Below, in pieces: positions 1 through 11,669 of a stretch of DNA of 64,000 nt. Numbering within the stretch: position 1 is the first letter of the stretch; each line of letters starts with the position of its first letter. Source of the DNA: Octopus bimaculoides (taxonomy: Eukaryota); assembly GCF_001194135.2 (NCBI RefSeq), contig NC_068986.1, positions 110,842,969-110,906,968 on the forward strand. Direction: 5' to 3'. The notes beneath the pieces were generated by a model. The model was not told the origin of the DNA, did not search any database, and was given only the letters and a program-made list of their open reading frames with translations. Position numbers and translations under genes: made by a program.

Positions 1-526
1 GATGTCATGGCGTTCATTTAGTCAACATGTACATTACTTCAGAAACTGAAACATTATACGCACGGAAAATTCTTCTCAAGTTTTCCTTTTTTTTTGTGAG
101 TCTCATGACATATAAATAAAACCCACAAAAATGATTTAGTTCTCGGTTGAATATCACTATCCATTCTACTCCCAGTAGAATTCTCTGGATACTGCTGTAC
201 TTAACAGTATTAAATGTTGTGATATACAAAAGGAATTTACGGGACATACGATAAACATACGGTGACGTTTACACCGTTCGTCCGCAACTCTGGATTGACT
301 ACCGGTCTTATTTGCAGCTTCTGCAATAGGACTTCATATCAACATAATGCAATAAAGTGTAACTGTGAGAAGTAAGTTTTGTTTCTGCATGAAAATGCAC
401 AATAACCACCAACGGCAGAAGTAGCAAAGTGCCACAATGGCGAAACGTACTTAGAGAACAAAAAGCAGAGAGCGCACGTCATGTTTTTATATTTATTTTT
501 ATTTTTCCACACACGTCCGCACGGAT

Positions 527-527
<1 letters not shown>

Positions 528-584
<57 letters not shown>
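528..584. repeat. (CA)n microsatellite running into an N-gap (585-711)
   Basis: Pure CA run seen directly; the overlapping HT/CV ORFs are artefacts. Confidence 0.95.
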
Positions 585-2444
585 NNNNNNNNNNNNNNNN
601 NNNNNNNNNNNNNNNNNNNNNNNNNNNNNNNNNNNNNNNNNNNNNNNNNNNNNNNNNNNNNNNNNNNNNNNNNNNNNNNNNNNNNNNNNNNNNNNNNNNN
701 NNNNNNNNNNNTGATGTAATGCTGTCTCTGTACATCTGGACTGACACCCTGCAGTTAGGTGGCGTTTACCGCCAAAAAAACAAACCTTGCTGTTATAAAC
801 GACAGTCAGTCAGAAAGCACTACGTGTAGTTTTAACTTTCATCCAAGCATGTATAAGGTAACATTATCAAATGTGGTATCAAGCTTTTAAGCCCTTTCTA
901 TGTCATATATAATTATATATATGCAAGATACTTGCGACATTTTGTGCCTAGGTTGAGCGCCACATGAAGTTGATGTTATCCTTTACCCACGTGGAATTTT
1001 TAACAGAAATATGTATATTTGTATGGCGTGAAATTTACAGTAATAGTGATGCTCATGTCTTTCTTCGTATAACTACAATAATACTTTAATAAATGGTTAT
1101 TTATTTAGGCGCAAGGCTGGGAGTAAATCTGCCCTTGGCTGCCTCAAGGCCTAAATACCCTATCCGATCTATATCAACAATTTATTGAATTTAGAGACAT
1201 ATGATCATGTTGATCATTAACATCATCAATGTGATCAATGCACTAAGATCTGCCGCAAAGATCAAGAGAACTACTTTCTTAATTCTTCTCAACTGACGAA
1301 AAAATATATACGCACAAGTACTTTAATATTTATATTCATTATTTTCTGCGTGAAACAAAAGGAGCAGCCATGAATAATTTCAGCAACTGTGACACCAAAA
1401 TGTTATTTGAATAATGGAGTGAAAGTAAGCATGGTCACAGAAATTTTAGTACAGCAAATATACATAAAACCAGGACTTTTATTCAAGTATGACAAAGCCG
1501 TTTGTTGGCAGAGAGTTTAAGGAGTTGCAAAAATTATTTGCTGTATATGTCCCAGAACTTGCCGTCTAAGCTCCACTCCGGCCGATCTCAAATTCACGTC
1601 TTTTCATTTCGGTAACAGTAAATAAAAGTACACTAAGTTATTGGAGTTGATGGTACCGACTTACAAACGCTTGATGAAATCGTTACGTTTTAGACTAGAT
1701 TAAAAAAAAAAAAAATCTTTATTAAGGATGCATGAAGAGACACATAAACAACACATCGACGCTGGAAACATTTCAGAAAATACACAAATGCATAGAACTG
1801 TTTCTAACACTATATGGGCAGCTGACGTGATGTATGCACGAGACTCTAAATGAAATAGAACAACATTCCCAGCATGCTTACTACAGCTGGCTGATAAAAT
1901 ACATTAATTAATGCAGGAACCAACTAACACATATTATCAATAAAAGGTGGTTAAAAACTCGCACTGTGCAATATTGTGCTCTCTGTGCTGTGAGAGGACA
2001 GTGACTGCTACAACGCGTTTGGTCGCAGTTTTTTTACTCAACCATGGTTGATTTGGAGTTTTAACAACACGATCGAAAATAACTATTAAAACATATTTCA
2101 TAAAATTCCTTACAAAAGTAAAAAGTAACCGGTCATAAATTTTCAAAATATGAAAATTAACTTACAATTCGCTGATGACAGAATACACAATTTTAATGAT
2201 ACGATGATAGAAATCATGAAAACTTATTAAAACTAGCTAAAAATTATAATAGTAATCTTCATTAATATTAATTAATTTTTATCGAACATTTGTCATGTGT
2301 TATGTGCAAACTCCAAGTTGGAAGTTTGTGTCAGGAGATTGCTGCCAGATGTTCATTGCAGGAAATAATGTCGTTAAAAAGTCAGACCCAGAACATTAAT
2401 GGGATTCAATTGAGAACATAAGTAACAGCGATTTGGTACGAATC

Positions 2445-3138
2445 TAAGTTTCAGAGACAACACATCAGAAAGTGATAAGTGCAGAATCTGTGGACAAAAC
2501 GGTGAAACCGTATGGCATATTACCGGCCAATGCACGCTACTAGCCCAGAAGGAATATAAGAGACGCCACGACACTATAGCAAGGCTTGTCCATTGGACAC
2601 ACTGCAGCAAGAATGGAATTGACAGAGCAAAAAATTGGTACGATCACAAACCTAAAATCATCTTCGAAAATGGAAATGCCAAGATCCTATGAGATTTTAT
2701 GATACAGTGCGACCACGCGATAGAGAATAGGAAGCTGGACATAGTCTTAATTGAGAAAGAAAACAAACTATGCTGGATCATAGATATAGCATGCCTAGCT
2801 GACAAGATATGCGATAAGTAAGAAAGAAAAGTCGACAGACATGACAGGTTAGTTTGGGAGGTTAAGCAGTTGTGGTCGATGAAAGAGGTAGCAATAGTAC
2901 TAATAATTGTCGGAGCCTTAGGAACAGTGAGCAAAAATCTCGAAAAGTATGTAGAACAAGTAGGGGCTGCAATAAGAGAGGAGCACTTGCAGAAAACAGC
3001 ACTGCTTGGAACCGCTCGAATACTCGGGAAGGTGCTCGAAAAAGAAGAGGTGTTACCTTAGTTCACTGGAAGTGAACAGCTGACACCGTAGTACATCTCC
3101 AGCGTTAGAAGCTGTGCAAAGGCAATAATGATAATAAT
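2445..3138 (+). mobile_element. 5'-truncated R4/Dong-like non-LTR retrotransposon, 3' end (CCHC zinc knuckle, REL endonuclease, 3' UTR); decayed
   Basis: Translation gives DKCRICGQNGETVWHITGQC (CCHC), QKEYKRRHD, WYDHKPK, RKLDIVLIEKENKLCWIIDIAC and IIVGALGTVSKNLEKY...LQKTALLGTARILGKVL, with stops/frameshifts. The 3' UTR ends in a TAA-type tract at 3124-3138. These motifs are characteristic of REL-clade (R4/Dong/NeSL-type) ORFs. Confidence 0.88.
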
Positions 3139-3157
3139 TGTGGTTCTTCTTATTATT

Positions 3158-3373
3158 AAAGCGTCAATCTGGCAGAAATGCTTAGCGTTAATTCGTCAGT
3201 TGTTACGATCTGAGTTCCAATTCCACCGATGTTGACTTTGCTTTCATTCTTTCGGATGGCTGAAATAACTACCAGTTATGTAGAGAGGGTCGATGTAATC
3301 GACAAGCCGCCATCCACCTAATTTCATGCTTTTGCCGTGACTAGAAAGGAATGTTATTATTATTATTATTATT
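3158..3373 (+). mobile_element. tRNA-derived SINE, family A (degenerate), with (ATT)n tail
   Basis: Shares TGGCAGAA..GCTTAGCG, a GTTC(A/C)AATTCC B-box, TTTGC(C)TTTCAT and GGTCGATGTAATCGAC with copies at 45860, 54688 and 54928; TTA tract at 3354-3373. Confidence 0.75.
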
Positions 3374-3835
3374 TCACATAAACTCAACAAATTAAGACTT
3401 TCGGAAAAGAAAAAAATTCCTAACATCGGTCTACAACAAGTAACCTTAGATGCCAAGAACCCTCCTAAGTATCCTAGCTGTCCCTAATAACACTGTTTTT
3501 TGCAGCTGCACTAAAATGGGTTTTATGCCTATTTCCTCTATCCATCTGTTCAGATCTTTAGGGATAATTCCCAGTGCACCTATAACCACTGAGATACATT
3601 TTACCCGCACTTTTCAAAGTCTCGGTAGTTCAATGGCTAGGCCCTGGTACTTTAATATTTTTTCTATAGCTCTCACATTGATGTTTTCATCATTTAGGAC
3701 TGTAAAGTCAATTATCTGGCACGTTCCATTCTCTTTATCTACTACTAATAAACCAAGCCTTCTAGCTTCTATTGCTCTGTCAGTCTGAATGGCGAAGTCC
3801 CACAACATCTTATATTTCTTACTTTCTACTACCTT
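3374..3835 (-). mobile_element. 5'-truncated R4/Dong-like retrotransposon (second subfamily), REL domain and 3' UTR
   Basis: Minus strand reads KVVESKKYKMLWDFAIQTDRAIEARRLGLLVVDKENGTCQIIDF...VVIGALGIIPKDL...LQKTVLLGTARILRRVLGI*; the 3' end runs into (TAA)n at 3373-3354. Confidence 0.88.
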
Positions 3836-4081
3836 ACTAGGTTCATTTTCATACCATTATGATTATTATTCAGTAGTTTTATTTTTATCATTTACTTGCA
3901 CTGCATTACCGAGCGCAGCTCTGTGTGCCTTGGGAATGTGCTGTGGTTTGTTGGGATGCTCTTATTTTTACTGTATTGTAAGTGTTTTATGTTATCATTA
4001 ATATTATTATTATCCTTCGACCTTCTGGCAAATAAAATAAATCATTACTATAATAATTTTTTTTTTATTCAATCGGTGATC

Positions 4082-4282
4082 CGGCAGAATCGTAAAGACG
4101 GACGTAATGCTTAGCGGCATTTTGTCCGTCGTTACGTTTTGAATTCCAATTCCTTCGACTTTACTTTTCTTCCTTTCAGGGTCAATAAATAAGTACCAGT
4201 AGGAACCCTGTAATCTGCCTACCCGTCCCCTCGAAATTGTTGGCCTCGTGCCAAAGTTTGAAACTATTACTGTTATTATTAA
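4082..4282 (+). mobile_element. SINE family A copy
   Basis: GGCAGAATCGT...AATGCTTAGCGGCATTT...AAATAAGTACCAGT...GGCCTCGTGCCAAAGTTTGAAAC followed by an ATT-type tail. Confidence 0.75.
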
Positions 4283-4544
4283 CTTCAACATCATTATATG
4301 CCACGTGGCAGGGGTGAGAAGGAGTATGGTGGTGGTCGTCATGGTCACTGTGAGGATGTGGTGAAGAAAGAGGGGGAAGACGACGATAATGACAACGATA
4401 CAAAGAAGTATGAAAATGAAGAGTAGGAGGAAAGGGAGGTTGACGATTTCTTTATTAGTCACAAAGCTTTTGATTGAAAGGGTCAGAAATTAAAGCAATT
4501 TGAAAATTTCAGCGATAAAAATAATATTAATTGATAATTGATAA

Positions 4545-4860
4545 TAACATTATTATCATTATTCGTCTTGTCGTTGTTATTATTATTATTATAATTATTA
4601 ATATTAGTGTTATTATTATTATAATTATTATTATTAGTGTTATTATTATTATTATAATTATTATTATTAGTGTTATTATTATTATTATAATTATTATTAT
4701 TAGTGTTATTATTATTGTTATCATTATTATTATTATTATTATTATTAGTGTTATTATTACTATTATTATTATTAGTGTTATTATTACTATTATTATTATT
4801 AGTGTTATTATTGTTGTTGCTGCTGCTGCTGCAGCGGCAGTTGTTGTTATTGTTTTCATT
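4545..4860. repeat. Compound (ATT)n microsatellite with recurring AGTGTT interruption, ending in (GTT)/(GCT) runs
   Basis: Seen directly; it explains the poly-N, poly-I and poly-L ORFs in the track. Confidence 0.9.
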
Positions 4861-5773
4861 ATTCACGGTTAAAGAAATACATTGTTGTTATCATCTTTAT
4901 ATTGTTATCGTTTCATTATGTTATCATTGTTTATATTATTAGTATTGGTTTGATGAATATTATTTTTACTCTTTTTATTATCATGGCCATCGTTTCTATC
5001 TAGAATTCATCTTTTCAACGTCATGTTTGACTGAATGAATTAATCTCAATCGAAGTGTATCAATTTATGTTGTATTATTTTTAATTTGATGTTTTCATAT
5101 GAAAAGTCCTTTGAATCATTATAGCTACCTAGTTTTTGTTTTTCTTACTTTTGTTGCTGTTGTTAACCGTTGTTGTTTTTTTTTGTGGTTGTTGCTGTTG
5201 TTGTATTTTTTATTGTTGTTGTTGTTGTTGTCATTGTTGATGTTTGCCTGTCTATTTATTGCATTATCTGCAACAATGGATACGGTGTAAAGATTGCCGG
5301 AATTTCTCTGTAAATTATTGGAAACAATAAGATGACCAGGACTTGTTCACTAGAGTGTTTCCAACGGAAAATGAACAAAGCAAGTGTGTAAATGAATGAA
5401 TCAATATGTTAACAGAATTAGACAGTAAAAAGAGGGAGTAGGAGGAGGAAGTCGAATAGAAGAAGGAGGAGGAGGGGGAGAACAAAGTCTGCTAAGATAA
5501 TCAGGAAGATACCAGATAACTATTGGTCGTCTCTTTACATCGCTTTTATCTATTCAGAATCTGTGTTCGTGTCTTATCTCTGTCTACGATCATCAACGGC
5601 CCGCTTAGTGGTTTTCTAGTCAATGTCTGTCTTGACGGAATACTGTTTTGTTTTCAGTCATTGTGTATGGTATTGATAGTTCGGTTAAAAGAAAGAACAT
5701 GAATACAGGTAAATTCTCTTTCCACTCTGTGTTGCACCACATGGGGCCTCCGTTGTGGTTTTCAGCAGCTAGT

Positions 5774-5816
<43 letters not shown>

Positions 5817-6603
5817 GGAAGAAAGTGAGAGAGGTGGGGTGTTGTTTCCCAGTTATGTTACAGGTGACTGCTAACCGCATCGATTAGTATTTAGCATTTA
5901 TGACTACTATGAGTTGTAAATTCCTCCGAAGGGTAATTCCGTGTTCGGCTCTCTTGATGGCAATATAATCTAGAGTATATATTAATAATAATTATAGCAA
6001 TATAGAATATGGAGACTTATTTATCCTTAAGATTTATTTCCTCTTATTTTATAATTTTTCATGCAGCATATGTTTGTAGCTGTTACGACCTACACATATT
6101 TTCACTGTACAAAGTACGGGCAGTTGTACATGCAACCGGGCCTGATTTTCTATGCTGCTTTTCCAGGGTCTGTCCATTTCGCTTGTTGGCCAGTGTGGAA
6201 CTGGAATAGAATATGTATGTCTTTTTCTATGTATGTATGTTTTTATATATGTACGTATGTATGTATACGTCACATGTGTACTTTATAAATTCTTGCAGAT
6301 TGTTATTTCTTGAAATATTAAATCAGTTGACATTCCATGGAGCAATCGTGCCGCATCGTTATTTCAAGAAAATTAAGCCCCTTATTATTCTGCCTATTTC
6401 ACTATTTTGTTATAGCCTCTGATGCCAAATAAATATTTTGCTTCTTGTATGACGTTAGCTAATAACTTCAAATGTCATACATATATTGATTTATAGGTTG
6501 TGGTCCAACATATGTTGTTTAGAGTAGTGAGCATTTTCGTAACAATGACTGTACCCTGTGTGAAGTAAATTCATTATGGAATCAGCAACATTAAGTTTTA
6601 TAT

Positions 6604-6930
6604 GGAGATCCGCGTTGACTCGTAGTTAGAGTGTTGCATCCATGATAGCAAGATCGTGATTTCGATTCCCGGACAGCGCGATGCGCTGTGGTCTTGAAGG
6701 AACATGTCAGATAACGTTGCTCTTCGATGACATCGACACCTGACGAGTGGTAGCTCAAATAGCGCTACAATAATCTCAATTTGATGACGGTGGGTTAGCT
6801 AGTGTAAAGCGATAACAATTAAATAGTATAAGCAAAACCTCTGTGTAGGATGTTCAGCATCAAATGGCCAACACTTGACGAAAGGAAAATCGACCGTTAC
6901 GATGCCTCGAATCAGCTCGATACGACACTT
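6604..6930 (+). mobile_element. Degenerate tRNA-head SINE (family C, related to 61222-61548)
   Basis: tRNA-like head with AAGATCGTGATTTCGATTCCCGGAC, matching AAGATCGTGGTCTCGATTGCCAGAC in the reverse complement of 61222-61548; the body is only loosely similar. Confidence 0.5.
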
Positions 6931-7881
6931 GCTCACTTGGTTAAATATCCAAATCGTGTTTATGGTTAAACTTCAACAAAAAATATATTATTAGCCTAGA
7001 ATTATTATTTCTTCTGAATATTGAATCTATCAGAGTATATCATTTTGGTAAGATTCTATCTTCTGCAGACCAATGCTCAGTAGCAAAACAATGCATGTAG
7101 TTTGATTGCTTTAGACTCGTACTCCAGCCAAGGCGTTTACTAACATAAGGAAAAACCATCAATCATCTTGTGGTTAGGTAATTCCTTGAGGATTACACAC
7201 ATTCTACAGTATATCTTAGAAATTTCAGCTGTTCAAAGAAATGCATTAAGTGAATAATGCAAAATTATTGTAGAACTCATTTGAGTTTCTCTTTAGGAAT
7301 GAAAACAATTGTGAATTATGGAAAGATCAATGAATCCTAATGATTGGTTGCGTTCTGTTGTAGCTATGTGCCAATATTGTCAGGTAATAAGAATTCTATA
7401 AAACTATATAACAATTCTAACAGGCAGTTAGATTAGTAGTGACAGTCACTTTGTAATTGTTTAAGGAAGCGTTTGCGTCTTGTCAGAATTACTAAACAAA
7501 TATAGTTAGTCATCGTTATGTTTGGTCAAAACTGGAAGGAAATTTTCAGTGTATATATGCTGGCTCGACCATGGATGACCTCTACTAAACAGCAACAATG
7601 AAAACCAATTAGAGTATTAAATATCAGCTACAGAAACAACAATAGTAAGAACAACAACAACATCAACCGCTGCTGCTACTACTACTAATATTACTACTAC
7701 TACGAAGTTAACCGTATGATTTACAAGAATATATGTAACTATTCCAATTCTAGTCGTACTTTAAGACAAATCCGAAACCTATCCTATAAGCAGTTTTGTG
7801 GTTGGTGCTTTTAAGGAGTGAATCTAAATGTGACACAAGCTCTTATTTATCCAAACTTAGACAATCTGCCATGGCGTACAC

Positions 7882-7924
<43 letters not shown>

Positions 7925-7925
<1 letters not shown>

Positions 7926-8368
7926 AGGGCGAAAAATTGAATATTAATTGATTAATATCAATTTAAAACATGTAGCCTAGCAAACTGAAAAGTATGAAGA
8001 TGCAGAAAAATTATATGACATACATATAAGAGGAACGACCACTAATTGGACATCCCTTTTGCTAAAAGAAGACAACCTAGAAAGAGAAAAGATACAAAAT
8101 ATAAAGAATTAATCATAGACCGTTTTCGTTGTTACCTACTTATGTAACCACTTACGTATTTGTAGACAATTACGTGAGTGACTACATAAGTAGTTAACAA
8201 CGAAAACGCTATATGATTAATTCTTTATATTTTGTATCTTTTCATTTGTCTTGCTTTCTTACGCTCTGAAGTTTGCTGAATTTTCTTTAGAACAATCTTT
8301 TCTCAGTGGTCAGACCGTAGTTCATCATCTTCTAGCAAAAGCGATGTCTACTTAGTGGTCATCCTTCT
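7925..8368. repeat. Foldback (inverted duplication) of an interspersed repeat, possibly a Penelope-like element terminus
   Basis: Inner arms 8086-8158 and 8171-8243 (73 bp, 6 mismatches, 12-nt loop); outer arms 8029-8071 and 8326-8368 (43 bp, 8 mismatches). A non-inverted copy of the same family lies at about 30178-30470. The Penelope assignment is inference. Confidence 0.75.
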
Positions 8369-8554
8369 TGTGTGTGTGTGTGTGTTTGGTACAACGTCAG
8401 CTGTTTCAAGCGTGGAGTGAACTCGATTCTATGCACCCTAGTGCCAAGCCAGTGCTTATCCTATTGACACTGAAATGATGGAATACAAAATTAAACTAGA
8501 CGGAATTTGACCATAGAACGTAAAGTCGTGCGAAATGCCCCGCTTAGCACTTTG

Positions 8555-9090
8555 GGATCTTTTTTAAAACGGGGGCCACATTTTTCATTAACGAAGCACT
8601 TTGAAACTTGGAACACTGGTAGAATGTGTCATAAAAAACATCTTTTTCTCTTAGTCTTCTTAAAAAAAAAAGAAATCCATAAGTTATTCCATGTTAAAGT
8701 TGTCGTATTTCTGTAATTTCAACCAATCACTGACGTCCATTCAGCCGATATACATTAAGTGCCGACTACATAAACAAACGATTCTGAAACAATTAACCTT
8801 AACCCTATGGTTAGGGTTAAAGCAAATAAAACGAAGGTATGGACATTAAATACGCTTTACACCGCTTAATCAGCCAAAGAAGTAAATGTAAACAACTGAA
8901 TACTTGTCAGTGATTGGTTGAAATTATCGAAATAAAACAATTTTTTACATGAAATAAATTCGAATACAAAAATATTTTTCTGTTCTATAACACAAAATAG
9001 ATAAGTATACGGAGTTTGAAAGTCTTTCCGTACCAAAAACACTACGTAAAACATTAATGAAAAATGTGGCCCCCGTTTTAAAATAGATCC
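8555..9090. mobile_element. Intact non-autonomous DNA transposon (MITE), 536 bp, 8-bp TSD, GG-terminal TIRs (Merlin-like by inference)
   Basis: GCACTTTG directly repeated at 8547-8554 and 9091-9098. TIR GGATCTTTTTTAAAACGGGGGCCACATTTTTCATTAACG versus the reverse complement of 9052-9090: 39 bp, 2 mismatches. Inner perfect inverted repeat at 8715-8734/8906-8925. Confidence 0.88.
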
Positions 9091-9404
9091 GCACTTTGGC
9101 CTGCGTGCTACCGATTCTGCCAGATTATCGTAAACCTATACTATATATTATGTAGAGCAGGCGATTCCTCACAAACGTGAAAAGGTCATAGCTCGAATGC
9201 TGTTCATTACACGTCTCCAAGATGATGTCAGAACAATGAAATTAGTACAAATTAAACAACTTGCAGCTTGCAAGTTACAGAAAATATATGTGTATAGTTG
9301 CTTAATTCGGCAATATAAAATATTTATACAAGATCCATGGCCCATGGCTGACCGAAGTCATATCATTCCTTAAACCGGACGCCGGCCTGTTCAAGGCCAG
9401 TAAT

Positions 9405-9525
9405 TTTTCGGGTTGGGGAGTAGTTGACTGCATCAAACCCAATGTTTGTCTGTTGGTTTATATTGTGCAACGCGATGGGGTGACAGCTAGAGGAAACCTC
9501 GGCAGGATTTGAACTCCGAAACTAA
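9405..9525 (-). mobile_element. Highly degenerate SINE family A remnant
   Basis: CCTCGGCAGGATTTGAACTC resembles the reverse complement of the family A B-box region GAGTTCAAATTCCGCCGAGG. Confidence 0.45.
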
Positions 9526-10429
9526 AAACTTAAATACATTTTCTGGAAGAAACACAAGATTACGTGAGCGTGGATGGCAGATTTTAACTGTTTATCTATC
9601 AATGAGTTCTGAGTTTAAATAACCACATAAGGGAATGTATAAGCTTCTTGAAAGGGTTAAATGGAAGCTAGCTTTAAAATGAGATGCGAAAACATCAAAA
9701 CACTATAAATTTTATACAGGACACGTTGAAGATTAATATTTGTATAGCTAAAGTAGAATTAGAAAAATTCTTGCGAAGAGTAAATATAAAGCGTCAAGAA
9801 TTTAATAAACAAATTAAATTTGTTAACTTTGTCTTTGGTTTTTCATTGTATTCAAACAAAACACGGATGTATGGTTTTTTTTATATTTTGTTTCAAGAAG
9901 AGGCACATCGAAAGTTTTATCAGAAATCACTGAAAAATAAACGAAGCACGTTTGTTTTCCATAACACGTATACACACACACTTACAAACACAAATACAAA
10001 CATTGGTTTATAATGTCTGTGTGTATTAATTTACGTGCGTGTGTCAGGACACCAACAAGACATTTATTTAAAAGCACTTCCGTCGGAGCCACTCAAGCAC
10101 TATTGTACATTATCTTACAAGTGTTTCTCATCAACTTGCTTACGAACCGTTTTGAAACAAATTTACGAGGGTAGAATGACACAGTTGTGTTGATATTGCC
10201 CTTTCAAAATATATCTTATTATATTTGTCACAAGATCAAACAAAATTAATTAAAATGACTGTAATAGTCTACAACGAAACGATGCAAGAGTAAGTCAGAA
10301 ACATGTTGTTATGCTCAGATACATACAAACATACATTCATATATAAAGAAACACACGCACACACAAATATAAATATCTATATATAATTTAATGCATACAT
10401 GATTTACACATGTGCTATTTGAAGTTCCA

Positions 10430-11100
10430 TACTTGGAGCTCGGCAAATGCAGTATTCGGATGGAATATTTTGTATACCGTGCTCGATACGGCGATCGTTT
10501 AGGCTCATATAACATGGCTTCTCCGCGAGCAAATACTACTTAAAGATTTACAAACATTCCAATGAACAAATGTAGTCAGAAGGGTAGCCATATTCGGAAC
10601 CCGAACGACAGTAAAATACAACAGAGCTTTAAGTGCCGGAAATTAAGAGTTCAGGTCACGGTTCAACAAGCCGAGAAAGTGCTCGTCCAGCATAACCAAT
10701 GAACACACACTTTCTATATTCTTTCTGATATCTGTATCCAAATTCTAAACTTAAGAATCGAAATGTTTACACGCTATATGCATCTCAACAATTGTCAACT
10801 ATCGGACTGAAATATGCTCCTTTTCAATGGATTATGCATTGATTCTAACAACTTTTAGCCACTCTATCATTGGTCTATCCTCTCCGATGATAACAACACC
10901 TAGTCAAAATACATAAATCCTCCAGTACTAAGATTTTATATGACTGTAAGATCAAAACCATGGTTCCATGACCGTAATTTCCTTTGAAAGTTTAACATTT
11001 TCCTCATTCCTGACCATGTTATTTGAGACTGAATCATTGCCAATTGTGCAGAGCACGCTGTACAAGTCGGTCGCATTACTGCATTATCTGAGCATAAATC
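10430..11100 (-). mobile_element. Possible very old CR1/L2-like LINE remnant (post-RT region)
   Basis: Broken minus-strand frames give LGVVII, KALLYFTVV/RSGSEYG (compare LYxxLVRSxLEY) and LYEPKRSPYRARY; weak, motif-level evidence only. Confidence 0.3.
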
Positions 11101-11374
11101 TCAAAGCAGTTTATATATAATTCACGTATTTATAAAAGTAGTTTTATTTTTTTGCTGATTTGGGTGCACACGTTTATGAATTTATATTATATTGGTGTTA
11201 ACAATTTCCTTGTGAAAATATTTTATACTCTAAAGTTTTCATTCATTGTTCAGAATATATTGGACTGTTTCTATGCGTGATAATAGATACAAAGTGCTAG
11301 CTTATAAATATATGCAAAGTGCTAGTTCTAAAATCTTTCTAAGAAATCAACGCAGAAGTTGTATTCACAAGTAA

Positions 11375-11550
11375 TATTCGTAGGCACTTTAACATGGCCG
11401 TCCGTTCGAGCGGACTCTACTGCGAGTTTTTAACCCCAAGAGGACACCTCTTCTATCTGGCTAACGGTGCAGTTACATCCGATAAAATTGTGACCAGGGG
11501 AGCGAACCGCTACCATCGCCTAGCAATAGGACCCGTAGACCACTTTCTAC
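11375..11550 (-). mobile_element. tRNA-head SINE (family D), about 176 bp
   Basis: Reverse complement starts GTAGAAAGTGGTCTACGG...GCGGTTCGCTCCC (A/B-box-like) and ends GCCATGTTAAAGTGCCTACGAATA. A second diverged copy of the 3' end lies at about 11600-11669. Confidence 0.6.
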
Positions 11551-11564
11551 TTTGTCTTATTTTT

Positions 11565-11599
<35 letters not shown>

Positions 11600-11607
<8 letters not shown>

Positions 11608-11669
11608 TTATTTATTCGTAGCCACTTTAACATGGCTTTCCGTTCGAGCGGACACTATTGCGTCATTTT
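11600..11669 (-). mobile_element. 3' end of a second family D SINE with (TAAA)n tail, truncated by the N-gap 11670-12381
   Basis: 11613-11662 matches 11375-11424 with 5 mismatches in 50 bp; TATTTATTTATTTATTCG reads as a TAAA tail on the minus strand. Confidence 0.6.

Noticed and set aside
1960-1968. CACTGTG, and CACAGTG near 35697, as RSS/Transib-like termini
   Set aside because: No nonamer at 12/23 spacing and no partner TIR; a 7-mer is expected by chance in 64 kb.
4483-4942. Poly-Asn, poly-Ile and poly-Leu ORFs
   Set aside because: Translation of an ATT-based repeat that has open frames on both strands; no splice or domain context.
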